DNA of 41,188 nucleotides from a bacterium (GTDB lineage Bacteria; JAGOBX01): NCBI GenBank assembly GCA_036733285.1, contig DAINAU010000011.1, positions 1 to 41,188 of the forward strand, read 5' to 3'. Shown piece by piece: positions 28,487 to 38,241 of this stretch (position 1 is its first letter; each line of letters starts with the position of its first letter). The notes under the pieces were generated by a model. It saw only the letters and a program-made list of their open reading frames with translations, ran no database searches and was not told where the DNA came from. The position numbers and the translations under genes were made by a program.

Positions 28487-29098
28487 ATGGATTTAATAAG
28501 TTATATATATATTGATAAAATGCAGCCGCAATTTGCGGCTCTGACCGCGGCTCAAGCGGACGGCGATATACCCACAAGCGGGATGGCTGCGATGTGGATA
28601 GAAATCCAACCCGGAATAGAGATTAATAAAGTTCTGGATATAGCCGTAAAAACCGCGTCCGTCCGTCCTGCCGTTCTTCTTGAAGAACGGGAATACGGAA
28701 TAGTGGAATTTCATTCTTTTTCTCAAGACGATGTTTTAACTTCAGGCAATAAAATACTTGAAACTTATAATTTGACCTCTCAAAACGCTAAAAAACCGGA
28801 AGTTTTAACTTCCCAAATAATAACAAACATAAGCGATTATCACGCGCAGATAATAAATCGAAAGGCCGAAGGGTCGCTGCTGATTCCGGGTCAATCGTTG
28901 TATATTCTTGAAGTTCAGCCCGCGTGCTGGTCGACAATTGCCGCAAACGAAGCCGAAAAAGCTATTGACATTAATCTTATCCATTATAGATACCGCGGCA
29001 GATACGGACGTCTTCATTTGTCCGGAACCGAATCGCAGGTATTGGCGGCGAAAAACGCCATTGACGCTCTGTTAAATGCGGCTTTCTTAAAAAAATAA
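28487..29098 (+). CDS. Tandem BMC-domain protein (BMC-T, PduT/CcmO-like bacterial microcompartment shell protein); orphan
   Basis: Two consecutive segments match the BMC-domain pattern seen in PduA/PduT. Domain 1 is AMWIEIQPGIEINKVLDIAVKTASVRPAVL…YGIVEF…DDV. Domain 2 is LYILEVQPACWSTIAANEAEKAIDINLIHY…GRLHLSGTESQVLAAKNA. The pattern is (V/I)E-x-x-G/P…A-x-x-A-x-x-K-x-A-x-V…G-x-V…DV-x-x-V. This was recognised by eye only. Confidence 0.45.
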   Translation: MDLISYIYIDKMQPQFAALTAAQADGDIPTSGMAAMWIEIQPGIEINKVLDIAVKTASVRPAVLLEEREYGIVEFHSFSQDDVLTSGNKILETYNLTSQNAKKPEVLTSQIITNISDYHAQIINRKAEGSLLIPGQSLYILEVQPACWSTIAANEAEKAIDINLIHYRYRGRYGRLHLSGTESQVLAAKNAIDALLNAAFLKK

Positions 29099-29100
29099 TT

Positions 29101-30159
29101 ATGAAATCCGATATTTCTTCATTGCTGATTTTCAAAGCCGGAATTTTAAACGATTTTTTGAATATTGATAATACCGAAGTTTATCAAATAACTACCGGCG
29201 GTTCTTCGAGAAAATATTTTAGATTAAGTTCTGAAAATAAAAGTTATATCTATTGCGAATATGCCGATATTGCAGAACTTCAAAGGTTTTTAGACATAAC
29301 CGGAATTCTTCATTCGTCAGGAATAAACGTTCCTGAAATTTATCATACCGATTTATCTGAAAAATATTTGCTTATTCAAGATTTAGGGAAAAAAGTCATA
29401 TACGATAAAATTAAATCAAATGAAATAGAAACTCTTTATATTTATAAAAAAATAATCGACAGACTTATAGTTATGCAGACGGAATGCGGTCCGGCTTTAA
29501 TTAAAAAATATCCTGAACGGAAATTTGACGCGTCGGTCTATAAATGGGAAACCGAATATTTCAGGACTATGGTTTTAGACAAATATTTATCTGCTGATTA
29601 CGATAAATTAGAATTGACAAAATGTTTTAACCACATAGCCGAATATTTATGGAAACCCGAATGTTTAAAACCGGAGAAAACGCTGAATAAAAACGGTTTT
29701 TTTATTCATAGAGATTTTCAATCTCAAAATATACTGTATTCGGAAAAAAAAATTTATTTCATAGATTATCAAACCGCATATTACGGTTCTAATTTTTATG
29801 ATTTGGCTTCGCTGCTTTACGACCCTTATTCCGAAAATGAAATAAAAATATATTTCGGCGAATTATATAATTATTATAAAAATAAGTTTATTGAAAAATT
29901 CGAGTTGTTCGGTTCCGAAGAATTCGACAGACGGTTTGCCTTGACGTCTCTTCAAAGATTGATGCAGGCGAACGCGGCGTATGTAAAACTCGGACTTATT
30001 GAAAACAAATTATTTTTTAAACAATTCATTGATTCGGCGCTCGGAAAGATATATAATATTTTAATGAAAACAGATTTTAGCGCCGCGTCCGGCGCTGATT
30101 ATTTAAAAAGTTTATTTTCAAAACTTGAAAAGGAAGGAAAAATCAAATGTGCGGAATAG
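29101..30159 (+). CDS. APH/choline-kinase-family phosphotransferase; possibly an amino-sugar 1-kinase (AmgK/NahK-like)
   Basis: A Brenner motif (HRDFQSQN) and a DFG-equivalent (FIDYQ). The start is 2 nt after the BMC-T stop, and the end overlaps the glmS start by 13 nt. The amino-sugar assignment is inferred only from the coupling to glmS. Confidence 0.7.
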   Translation: MKSDISSLLIFKAGILNDFLNIDNTEVYQITTGGSSRKYFRLSSENKSYIYCEYADIAELQRFLDITGILHSSGINVPEIYHTDLSEKYLLIQDLGKKVIYDKIKSNEIETLYIYKKIIDRLIVMQTECGPALIKKYPERKFDASVYKWETEYFRTMVLDKYLSADYDKLELTKCFNHIAEYLWKPECLKPEKTLNKNGFFIHRDFQSQNILYSEKKIYFIDYQTAYYGSNFYDLASLLYDPYSENEIKIYFGELYNYYKNKFIEKFELFGSEEFDRRFALTSLQRLMQANAAYVKLGLIENKLFFKQFIDSALGKIYNILMKTDFSAASGADYLKSLFSKLEKEGKIKCAE

Positions 30160-31982
30160 TCGGTTATGCCGGATTCAGGCGTTCGATTAAAATTTTATTT
30201 TCCGGATTGAAACGGCTGGAATATAGGGGTTACGATTCTTCGGGAATATGCGTAATAAATAATTCCGGAACCGCGCTGCAAACCCATAAATCGCTTGGAA
30301 AAATAGCTGATTTGCAGAAAAAAATCGAGAATATAAAGGTTCCAGGAAACGTTGGAATTTCTCATACAAGATGGGCTACCCACGGAAAACCTTCGGATGA
30401 AAACTCGCATCCGCATCTTGACTGCTCGGAACAGTTCGCGATTGTTCACAACGGAATTATTGAAAATTACGCCGAAATAAAAAAAACGCTTATCTCCGAA
30501 GGTCATAATTTTAAATCAGAAACCGATACGGAAGTATTGATTCATTTGATAGAAAAAAATTATAAGACAAATCTTTACGAAGCTGTAAAATCAAGTCTTG
30601 AAACGGTCCACGGGTCGTATGCCGTTTGCGTGATTTCCTTAAAAGAACCGGACAAAATAATATGCGCCAGGTCGGGAAGCCCGCTTGTTATAGGCAAAGG
30701 CGAAAAAGAAAATTTCATAGCTTCGGATATGCTTGCTATATTGCCTTACACAAAAGACATAATTTTTCTCGACGATAGGGAAATCGCCGTAGTATCGCAG
30801 AACTCTATCGAAGTAACTGATTTTAAAGGCGTAAAACAAAATAAAGCCGTAACGAATATAAATTGGGACGCTATGAACGCCGAAAAAAAAGGATTCAAGC
30901 ATTATATGCTTAAAGAAATATTCGAACAACCGGAAGTAATAGCCGAAACAATAGACGATAAATACGACGAAGCTTCCGGAGAAATAAAATTCAGATACTG
31001 CAAAATTTCCCCTGAGTTTTTTAAAAGGATAAATAAAATATATATTGTGGCATGCGGAACCGCTTGGCACGCGGGTCTTGTTGGGAAATATTATCTTGAA
31101 GAATTTTGCGGGATTTCGGTTGAAACCGCAATCGCTTCGGAATTCAGATACAGAAAAGTTCCGATAGTCAAAAACGATTTGATTATTATTATTTCGCAGA
31201 GCGGCGAAACCGCCGACAGTCTTGCGGCGTTGAGAAGCGCAAAAGAAAAAGGAGCCGTATCGCTTGGAATCTGCAATGTCAGAGGAAGCGCTCTTTCAAG
31301 GGAATGCGACGGAGTGATTTATACGAACGCCGGACCGGAAATAGGAGTAGCTTCGACAAAAGCTTTTACCACTCAACTTTCGGTTATGTTTCTATTTGCC
31401 GTATATCTTGCAAAAATCAAAAAAACCATTTCAGAAATTGATTACAAAAATTATTTAAAGGAACTTTTATTAATCCCTTCAAAAATAAAAACGGCGCTTG
31501 AGCATACTGAATATTATAAAGAATTATCTTTAAAGTTTCATAACTATTCGGATTTTTTATTTTTGGGAAGACATTATAATTTTCCCATAGCTTTGGAAGG
31601 GGCTTTAAAACTTAAAGAAATTTCATATATTCATGCGGAAGGTTATGCCGCCGGAGAAATGAAACACGGTCCAATCGCTTTAATCACAGAACAAATGCCG
31701 GTATTGACAATAGCTACAAAAAGTTTTATTACTGAAAAAGTTATTGGCAATCTTCAAGAAGTCAAGGCGCGCGGCGGAATAACGATAGTCGTTGCAAACG
31801 ATTCCGTAGAAATTCCGGATAAACTCGCCGATTATAAAATTATTTTGCCTGAAACTATCGAGCCGCTCGCTCCGGTTATAAACGTAATTCCGTTGCAGAT
31901 TATAGCTTATCAGATTGCGGATTTTCTCGGTTGCGACGTGGATCAGCCGCGCAACCTTGCAAAAAGCGTAACTGTGGAATAA
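30147..31982 (+). CDS. glmS: Glutamine--fructose-6-phosphate aminotransferase (isomerising)
   Basis: An N-terminal MCGIVGY (Cys2 nucleophile), two SIS domains and a C-terminal …KSVTVE. 611 aa. Confidence 0.95.
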   Translation: MCGIVGYAGFRRSIKILFSGLKRLEYRGYDSSGICVINNSGTALQTHKSLGKIADLQKKIENIKVPGNVGISHTRWATHGKPSDENSHPHLDCSEQFAIVHNGIIENYAEIKKTLISEGHNFKSETDTEVLIHLIEKNYKTNLYEAVKSSLETVHGSYAVCVISLKEPDKIICARSGSPLVIGKGEKENFIASDMLAILPYTKDIIFLDDREIAVVSQNSIEVTDFKGVKQNKAVTNINWDAMNAEKKGFKHYMLKEIFEQPEVIAETIDDKYDEASGEIKFRYCKISPEFFKRINKIYIVACGTAWHAGLVGKYYLEEFCGISVETAIASEFRYRKVPIVKNDLIIIISQSGETADSLAALRSAKEKGAVSLGICNVRGSALSRECDGVIYTNAGPEIGVASTKAFTTQLSVMFLFAVYLAKIKKTISEIDYKNYLKELLLIPSKIKTALEHTEYYKELSLKFHNYSDFLFLGRHYNFPIALEGALKLKEISYIHAEGYAAGEMKHGPIALITEQMPVLTIATKSFITEKVIGNLQEVKARGGITIVVANDSVEIPDKLADYKIILPETIEPLAPVINVIPLQIIAYQIADFLGCDVDQPRNLAKSVTVE

Positions 31983-32012
31983 AATTTATTTTTTATATGG
32001 AGGGGATTATTT

Positions 32013-33593
32013 ATGGTTTTTGACGCATTTTCAACGACTGCAGCCCTTGCCGGAATAGTTGCTGCTATTTTTTTCGGAACAATAGTTTTGATGATGAAAC
32101 GTTTCAAACGTTGTCCTTCGGATAGGATACTCGTTGTCTATGGGAAAATAGGCAGCGAAGAAAACGGTTTATACCGTTCGGCAAAATGTATTCACGGAGG
32201 CGCGGCTTTTGTCTGGCCTTTGATACAATCTTACGAATATATTGATTTAACTCCTATGTCGATAGAAGTAAATTTGACTAAAGCGTTAAGTAAACAAAAC
32301 ATCAGAGTCGACGTTCCTTCCCGTTTTACTGTCGGCGTATCTACAGAAGCAGGAGTTATGACTAACGCGGCGGAACGTTTGCTTGGTCTTGACTTGAACG
32401 ATGTTCAGGAACTTGCAAAAGATATAATTATTGGACAGCTTCGTCTTGTAATTGCGACAATGGATATCGAAGAAATTAATTCCGACAGGGATAAATTTCT
32501 TACCAACGTTTCAAAAAACGTAGAAACCGAATTGAAAAAAATCGGATTGAAACTTATAAACGTCAACGTTACAGATATAAGAGACGAATCAGGTTATATT
32601 GAAGCGCTTGGAAAAGAAGCAGCGGCTAAAGCTATCAACGACGCAAAAAAAAGCGTTGCAGAACAAAACCGCGACGGAGAGATTGGAAAAGCTAACGCTG
32701 ATAGAGATAAAGATATAAAAATGGCTGAAGCCGAACGGGACAGACAAATAAATATGGCTAACGCTAAAAGCTCGGAAAACATCGGAATAGCCGAAGCGGA
32801 ACGCGATAAAGAAATTCGCGTCGCTCAGGCAAAACGCGATGAAAACATAGCTAAAGCTAACGCTATGATGGACACGAGAATTAAAACCTCGGAAGCGAAC
32901 GCCACCGCGGTAGAAGGAGAAAATACCGCTAAAATAACAATAGCCAACTCAGACGCCGAAAGAAGAGAACGCGAAGCCGAAGCTAATAAACGCGCCACCG
33001 CCGCTGAAAAAGTTCAAACCGCGCTTGCTCTTTCCGAAGCTTATGAAGCAGAACGCAAAGCGGAAACGATAAGAGCGGAAAAAGAGCGGGCTTCTAAAAA
33101 CGCGGACATAGTCGTTCCTGCGGAAATAAATAAAAAGAAAATTGAAATCGACGCTGAAGCCGACGCCGAACAGATTAGAAGAAAAGCTAAAGGCGAAGCC
33201 GACGCTATTTTCTTTAAAATGGAAGCCGAAGCAAAAGGTATTTTTGAGATATTGAGCAAACAAGCCGAAGGTTTTGAAAAATTGGTTCAGGCGGCGGGCG
33301 GTAACGATCCGAAAAACGCGGTTCTTATGATGATAGCCGATAAACTTCCCGAACTTGTAAAAACTCAAGTGGAGGCGATTAAAAATATTAAGATTGACAA
33401 AGTGACTGTATGGGATTCTACTGCAAATTCCGGCGACGGAAAAACTTCTACGGCGCAGTTTATGTCAGGGCTGGCGAAATCATTGCCGCCGCTTGAGGAT
33501 TTATTTAAAATGTCCGGACTGGAACTTCCGGATTATTTATTAAAACGTTCTTATAACAAGGAACCGGAAAAAAAGAAAGATAACGAAAAATAA
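32013..33593 (+). CDS. Flotillin-like SPFH/band-7 protein (YqiK/FloT type)
   Basis: An N-terminal TM anchor, an SPFH domain, and a long coiled-coil with AEAERD…/EA repeats typical of flotillins. 526 aa. Confidence 0.85.
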   Translation: MVFDAFSTTAALAGIVAAIFFGTIVLMMKRFKRCPSDRILVVYGKIGSEENGLYRSAKCIHGGAAFVWPLIQSYEYIDLTPMSIEVNLTKALSKQNIRVDVPSRFTVGVSTEAGVMTNAAERLLGLDLNDVQELAKDIIIGQLRLVIATMDIEEINSDRDKFLTNVSKNVETELKKIGLKLINVNVTDIRDESGYIEALGKEAAAKAINDAKKSVAEQNRDGEIGKANADRDKDIKMAEAERDRQINMANAKSSENIGIAEAERDKEIRVAQAKRDENIAKANAMMDTRIKTSEANATAVEGENTAKITIANSDAERREREAEANKRATAAEKVQTALALSEAYEAERKAETIRAEKERASKNADIVVPAEINKKKIEIDAEADAEQIRRKAKGEADAIFFKMEAEAKGIFEILSKQAEGFEKLVQAAGGNDPKNAVLMMIADKLPELVKTQVEAIKNIKIDKVTVWDSTANSGDGKTSTAQFMSGLAKSLPPLEDLFKMSGLELPDYLLKRSYNKEPEKKKDNEK

Positions 33594-33616
33594 TCGTTAA
33601 AAAAAATAGTTATTAA

Positions 33617-34394
33617 GTGTCTAATTGCAAAATTAACTAACGATATTTTTACGAAGCAAACGCGTATAAACAAGGCATTTGCTTCGTTTTTATACGAATA
33701 CTTATTAATGCAATTAGACGCTAGCGTAATGTATCAAAATAAAGTTGACATTTAAAGAAAAATGAAAGAAAAAAATTGAACGTCAAACAGCGCAGAGTTC
33801 AAAAATAATTCTTGAATGTATTGCCGGAAAATTGATTAAAGACATAGCCTGAAAATATAATGAAACAGAAACCACACTACGAAATCGTCAAGATAATTTT
33901 ATTACTAACGGAATTCAAGGATTATATGATTTGCCCCGTTCAGGAGCGCCTAAAAAATATAGTGAAGAATTTAGAAATAAAGTATTAAATGAATTAGAAG
34001 AAACGCCGACTTATGGTTTACACATTGGAATGGTTCAACGCTTGCTAAAATATTAAAAACATCTGCAGACGCAATATGGCGTTTGCTAAAAAAAGAAGGA
34101 ATATTTTTATCAAATCAACGGACTTGGAATATAAACACAGACCCTGAATTTACTGCTAAAACTGCAAATATTGTTGGATGATATTTAAATCCGTCTACAA
34201 ATGCAATAGTTATATCCGTAGATGAAAAAACAAGAATTTAAGCATTGTCAAGACCTACGGGTTACGTAAAAAAAAACTATAAAAAAATATATTAAATGTT
34301 ATAATAAAAATTGTCAGCCGTTTGTTTGACGTAAAAGAAAAGTTAAATGTTCTCTATTGAGAAATACACTTAAAAACTAATACAATTAGACACT
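33617..34394 (+). mobile_element. Decayed, non-autonomous IS630/Tc1-mariner-family element with 12-bp perfect terminal inverted repeats
   Basis: The TIRs are agtgtctaattg (33617-33628) and caattagacact (34383-34394). The internal frames translate to IS630-transposase N-terminal-like peptides (…LYDLPRSGAPKKYSEEFRNKVLNELEETPT…, …TLAKILKTSADAIWRLLKKEGIFLSNQRTWNINTDPEFTAKTANIVG.YLNPSTNAIVISVDEKTRI.ALSRPTGY), interrupted by stops and frameshifts. The length is about 780 bp where about 1.1 kb is expected. An extra inverted TIR copy lies at 33709-33722. Confidence 0.7.
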
Positions 34395-35195
34395 CGTTCC
34401 AATCAATGTAACTAAACCGCGTTCGATTTTTTTTTTGGTTATCTTATAACCTGCGTTTTCAAGATACGATATTACTTGTTCAGCCGTTAATCTTATTTTT
34501 ATATAACTGCTTATTTTCTGAATCCATTGATTATTTTTTCTGATATTTATAATATCATAAACTTTTATGTAATCGTCAAAATATTCTAAAAAGCAGGTAA
34601 AAATCGTATTATCATCGGATTTCACCGGAATAAATCTTTCTTCGTTTTTTAATTCATTAATTTGGTCGCGTAAAGTTAATACAATTTTTCCGCCCTCAAT
34701 TTGTTTGGCATAACATTGGAATATAAATTTTTTTAGCGATTCTTTATCGGAAAAATGCGCGATAGTATCGCCCATGCAAATAATAAGTTCGCAAGGTTCA
34801 ATAATATTTGAAACAGCGTTCAGTATATCGCCTTTTAAAATTTTAATATTATAATTCGAGACTTTAGTTTTAAGTTCTTCTATTAATTTGATTGAAAAAT
34901 CGACTGCTGTTACATTAAAACCAAGTTTGGCTAACGCTAATGTTTGAAAGCCGCAGCCTGCGCCAAAATCGTATGCTGATTTATTCGAAAATGGAATAAT
35001 ACTATTTTCTTTGAAAAAATTATACGCTTCCTGATTTTTATTTTCAAACCCGCCGCTCATCCACGTATAATATTCGGCAAGATGTTCATCATAATGTTTT
35101 AAAGTTTCCAATTTTATTATTCGCCTTGAAATATTTTTTATTGATTGATTTGATGTTTTGCGCAACAGCGTAATATGTAAATTATGTCGTTGCAT
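34386..35195 (-). CDS. Class I SAM-dependent methyltransferase (269 aa)
   Basis: Motif I, YDFGAGCGFQTLALAKLGFNVTAVDFS. The last codons and the stop lie within the IS630 right TIR. Confidence 0.7.
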   Translation of the reverse strand: MQRHNLHITLLRKTSNQSIKNISRRIIKLETLKHYDEHLAEYYTWMSGGFENKNQEAYNFFKENSIIPFSNKSAYDFGAGCGFQTLALAKLGFNVTAVDFSIKLIEELKTKVSNYNIKILKGDILNAVSNIIEPCELIICMGDTIAHFSDKESLKKFIFQCYAKQIEGGKIVLTLRDQINELKNEERFIPVKSDDNTIFTCFLEYFDDYIKVYDIINIRKNNQWIQKISSYIKIRLTAEQVISYLENAGYKITKKKIERGLVTLIGTSV

Positions 35196-35198
35196 ATA

Positions 35199-35861
35199 TC
35201 AATCGAATTTACAGAAAATAAAATGCATTTCATTTTTTTCGAGAAGGTCTTTTCCGGTTATCGTATAAAAAAATTTTAACGAAGTCATTACGATTTTTTT
35301 TAATTGTCTGCGGAATCGGTTTTTATCGAGAAATGAAAGACCGGCAGACGCTTCATAGAATTCGACAAGAACAAATCCGTTGTCGTAAAACAATCTGCAA
35401 AAAGAACCAAATGTGAATTTTTGGATATGGGCTTGTTTTCCGGTTCCGGTTTTTTCGGCTAACCAGCCGAGAAATCTGTAAAACATATCCTGAAAAGCGT
35501 AATATTTAGGAACAACCGCATACACAAACTGATTTGATTTTAGAAGATGCTGAAGATTTTTTATTGAAATTTCAGGCGTTTCAATATGTTCGAGAACATA
35601 TTTGATTATCACAAGATCGAATTTTCCTTTTTTAAAAGGAAGATAATTAATATCTCCGGCTGCTTTATATCTTACGGATTTGTTTGATTTTACGAAATCC
35701 GCGTTTTTATCAAGTCCTATAATAGACGAACGTCTATGAAAATAATTTTCAGGAAGACTTCCTTTGTTACAACCGATGTCAAGAATGAAATCCGCGCTGC
35801 CCGTTATGCCTTTAAGCAATTCCAAAAATTTATTCGATGAAACTATTTTATCGGAATTCAC
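35199..35861 (-). CDS. Class I SAM-dependent methyltransferase (220 aa)
   Basis: Motif I, ILDIGCNKGSL; acidic motif II, DLVIIKYVLEH. A 4-nt overlap with the upstream kinase gene. Confidence 0.7.
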   Translation of the reverse strand: MNSDKIVSSNKFLELLKGITGSADFILDIGCNKGSLPENYFHRRSSIIGLDKNADFVKSNKSVRYKAAGDINYLPFKKGKFDLVIIKYVLEHIETPEISIKNLQHLLKSNQFVYAVVPKYYAFQDMFYRFLGWLAEKTGTGKQAHIQKFTFGSFCRLFYDNGFVLVEFYEASAGLSFLDKNRFRRQLKKIVMTSLKFFYTITGKDLLEKNEMHFIFCKFD

Positions 35862-36856
35862 TTTGTAATACCTTTAATAAATTTATAAAATTCATTCAAA
35901 TCTTTAGATACAATCATACTATAACAATCGGAATTTTCAATAATTTTATATAAAATTTCAAAATGTTGTTTTAACGATATATTCATTCCCGGAGTAACGC
36001 TGTGTTTCAACAGACGCGTTAAAGCCTCGTTTTTTGTCAGTCTTTTTACCTCGAAAGAGTCGCCGGTTTTAGGAAATATCAGAGATTTTACTATTCCCGA
36101 ATATTCAATGTTGTTCTTTTTAAACTCTGATACGACGTATCGTTTTTCGTTTTCATTATATTTATTGAAAATTTTCTCTATTAATCCCAGACCGATAAGG
36201 TAATCGTCTTTTTTTTTTATTATATCAATCGGCTGTAAAAGTCCGGAAACCTCGATAACGCCGTTTTTTTCATAAGCAAAACATTTATCGTCGGAAATGA
36301 GATTGAATTTTTTTGACATAAGATAAAATGCCAGCGTGGATTTGCCGCTTCCTGAAGCGCCGGCGAATATAATCGCTCCGCGTTTATTCGCTACGGCGGA
36401 AGAATGAATGAAAAAAATATTTTTGAATTTAAAAAGAATTTCGAGCAAAGCTATTATTATAAAATTGGGAATGAAATCCAGTCCGAATCTTTCTGGTTTT
36501 TCTATATATCCGTAAATATAAGATTGTTTAACGTCGATATTTATTTTGGCGAGTCCGTTATAAAAAATCGCGGCATATATGTTTTTATTTATCCGGTGAA
36601 CTGTAAATCTTTTTTTGTGTTCGGCTGCGGGTTTTGTTTTTATTGTTCTGGACTTTATTTTATTTATCTTTGAATTATCAAAATTATCGTCGAATAATTC
36701 TATTTTTACGGTTTCAGAAGAACGGAATTTATGAAGATTTTTATAAACTGAAAAATAGCTCTCGACTGATTGAAGTATGAATTCGTTATTCGAAGAAAAA
36801 GTTAAAGTTCTGTTATAAATTTTATAAACAGATTCTAAAATACGAAATTTCCGCAT
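35858..36856 (-). CDS. HPr-kinase-related P-loop kinase (HprK C-terminal-domain-like)
   Basis: IFAGASGSGKSTLAFYLMSKKFNLISDDKCFAY parallels the HprK/P motif (GxSGxGKSExALxLIxRGHxLVADD). The N-terminal 150 aa are unassigned. The start codon overlaps the stop of the upstream sigma-54 activator (TGATG). Confidence 0.55.
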   Translation of the reverse strand: MRKFRILESVYKIYNRTLTFSSNNEFILQSVESYFSVYKNLHKFRSSETVKIELFDDNFDNSKINKIKSRTIKTKPAAEHKKRFTVHRINKNIYAAIFYNGLAKINIDVKQSYIYGYIEKPERFGLDFIPNFIIIALLEILFKFKNIFFIHSSAVANKRGAIIFAGASGSGKSTLAFYLMSKKFNLISDDKCFAYEKNGVIEVSGLLQPIDIIKKKDDYLIGLGLIEKIFNKYNENEKRYVVSEFKKNNIEYSGIVKSLIFPKTGDSFEVKRLTKNEALTRLLKHSVTPGMNISLKQHFEILYKIIENSDCYSMIVSKDLNEFYKFIKGITK

Positions 36857-38241
36857 CAGGTTATATTGTATTTTTTCATTTTGCCGATAAGAGTGGTTCG
36901 GTTTAATTTCAAGTATTGAGCGGCGATGTTTTGTTGACCGTTGGATTTTTCAAGGGCGTTTAAAATATATTTTTTTTCAATATCGGCAATGAGATTATAT
37001 AAATCGATTCCTTCTTCGGGAATTGTAAAGTTATTTTCGCAAGACAAATTCGTTTTTTTAAATTCTCTGATTGAACCGAACATATCCTCGGTTGAAAGAA
37101 TATTTTTTTCAGAAAGAATTACGGCGCGTTTAATTAAGTTTTCAAGTTCTCGTATATTGCCGGGCCATGAATAATTTTTAATGGCTTCGACTGTTTTTTC
37201 GTCAAATCCCAAAAAATTTTTTTTATATTGAGAAGAAAATAATTTCAGGAAATGGTATGCCAAATGCAATATATCGTCTTCCCTTTCTCTTAAAGGCGGC
37301 AATTTTATATCAATTACGTTTAGTCTGTAATATAAATCCTCGCGGAAATTTCCGGAGGCAACCTCTTTTTCAAGGTTTTTGTTGGTTGCCGCGATTATTC
37401 TTAAATTGATTTTTTTAGGGAAAGCTCCGCCTATCGGCGTAATATGTTTTTCTTCGATAACTCTCAAAAGTTTTACTTGAAGCGCTGGAGTTATATCTCC
37501 GATTTCATCAAGAAAAATGGCGCCGGAATCGGCGGCTTCGAACAATCCGATTTTATCGGCGTAAGCTCCGGTGAACGAACCTCGTTTATGCCCGAATAAC
37601 TCTGATTCGAGCAATGTGTCCGGAATCGCGCTGCAATTAACCGTAACAAAAGGATTTGCGTTTCTATCGCTGTTATAATGGATATAACGGGCCACAAGTT
37701 CTTTGCCTGTGCCGCTCTCGCCTGTAATTAATACTGTCGTGTCGTTTTTTGAAACTTTATCCATTATAGCGAATATCTCTTTTATTTTTTTACATTCGCC
37801 TATTATAGAAGCAGAACCGATTGCCGTATTTTTAGATTTCTCGTTTTGTTTTTTCCGCATTTTTATTAAACCGCGTTCCACTGAAGAAACTATTTGTTCC
37901 GCAGAAAACGGTTTAGTGACAAAATCGACGGCTCCGAGTTTCATAGATTCCACAGCGGTATCGATATTTCCAAAAGCGGTTATCAGAATAACAGCCGTGT
38001 CGTTTTTTTTCTCCAATACTTTTTTTAACAAATCCACTCCGGATCCGTCCGGCAGTTTAAAATCGAGTATTGCTATATCCGGCAAATTTTTTATGAATAG
38101 ATTATATCCGTCTTTAATGTTGTGAGCTATAAATATCTCATAACCGTGACGTCTGAAAGTGATTTCCAGAAATTCGCTTAAAAGAACTTCGTCGTCCACT
38201 ATAAGAATTTTTTTATTTTTATTTTCCATGTAATTAATCAA
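36856..38241 (-). CDS. Sigma-54-dependent Fis-family response regulator (REC-AAA+-HTH, NtrC/AtoC type)
   Basis: A receiver domain (ILIVDDE…D…K); Walker A (GESGTGKE); a GSFTGA loop; ESELFG; an arginine finger region; and a C-terminal HTH (IAAQYLKLNRTTLIGKMKK). 8-nt overlap with the speA stop. Confidence 0.9.
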   Translation of the reverse strand: MINYMENKNKKILIVDDEVLLSEFLEITFRRHGYEIFIAHNIKDGYNLFIKNLPDIAILDFKLPDGSGVDLLKKVLEKKNDTAVILITAFGNIDTAVESMKLGAVDFVTKPFSAEQIVSSVERGLIKMRKKQNEKSKNTAIGSASIIGECKKIKEIFAIMDKVSKNDTTVLITGESGTGKELVARYIHYNSDRNANPFVTVNCSAIPDTLLESELFGHKRGSFTGAYADKIGLFEAADSGAIFLDEIGDITPALQVKLLRVIEEKHITPIGGAFPKKINLRIIAATNKNLEKEVASGNFREDLYYRLNVIDIKLPPLREREDDILHLAYHFLKLFSSQYKKNFLGFDEKTVEAIKNYSWPGNIRELENLIKRAVILSEKNILSTEDMFGSIREFKKTNLSCENNFTIPEEGIDLYNLIADIEKKYILNALEKSNGQQNIAAQYLKLNRTTLIGKMKKYNIT

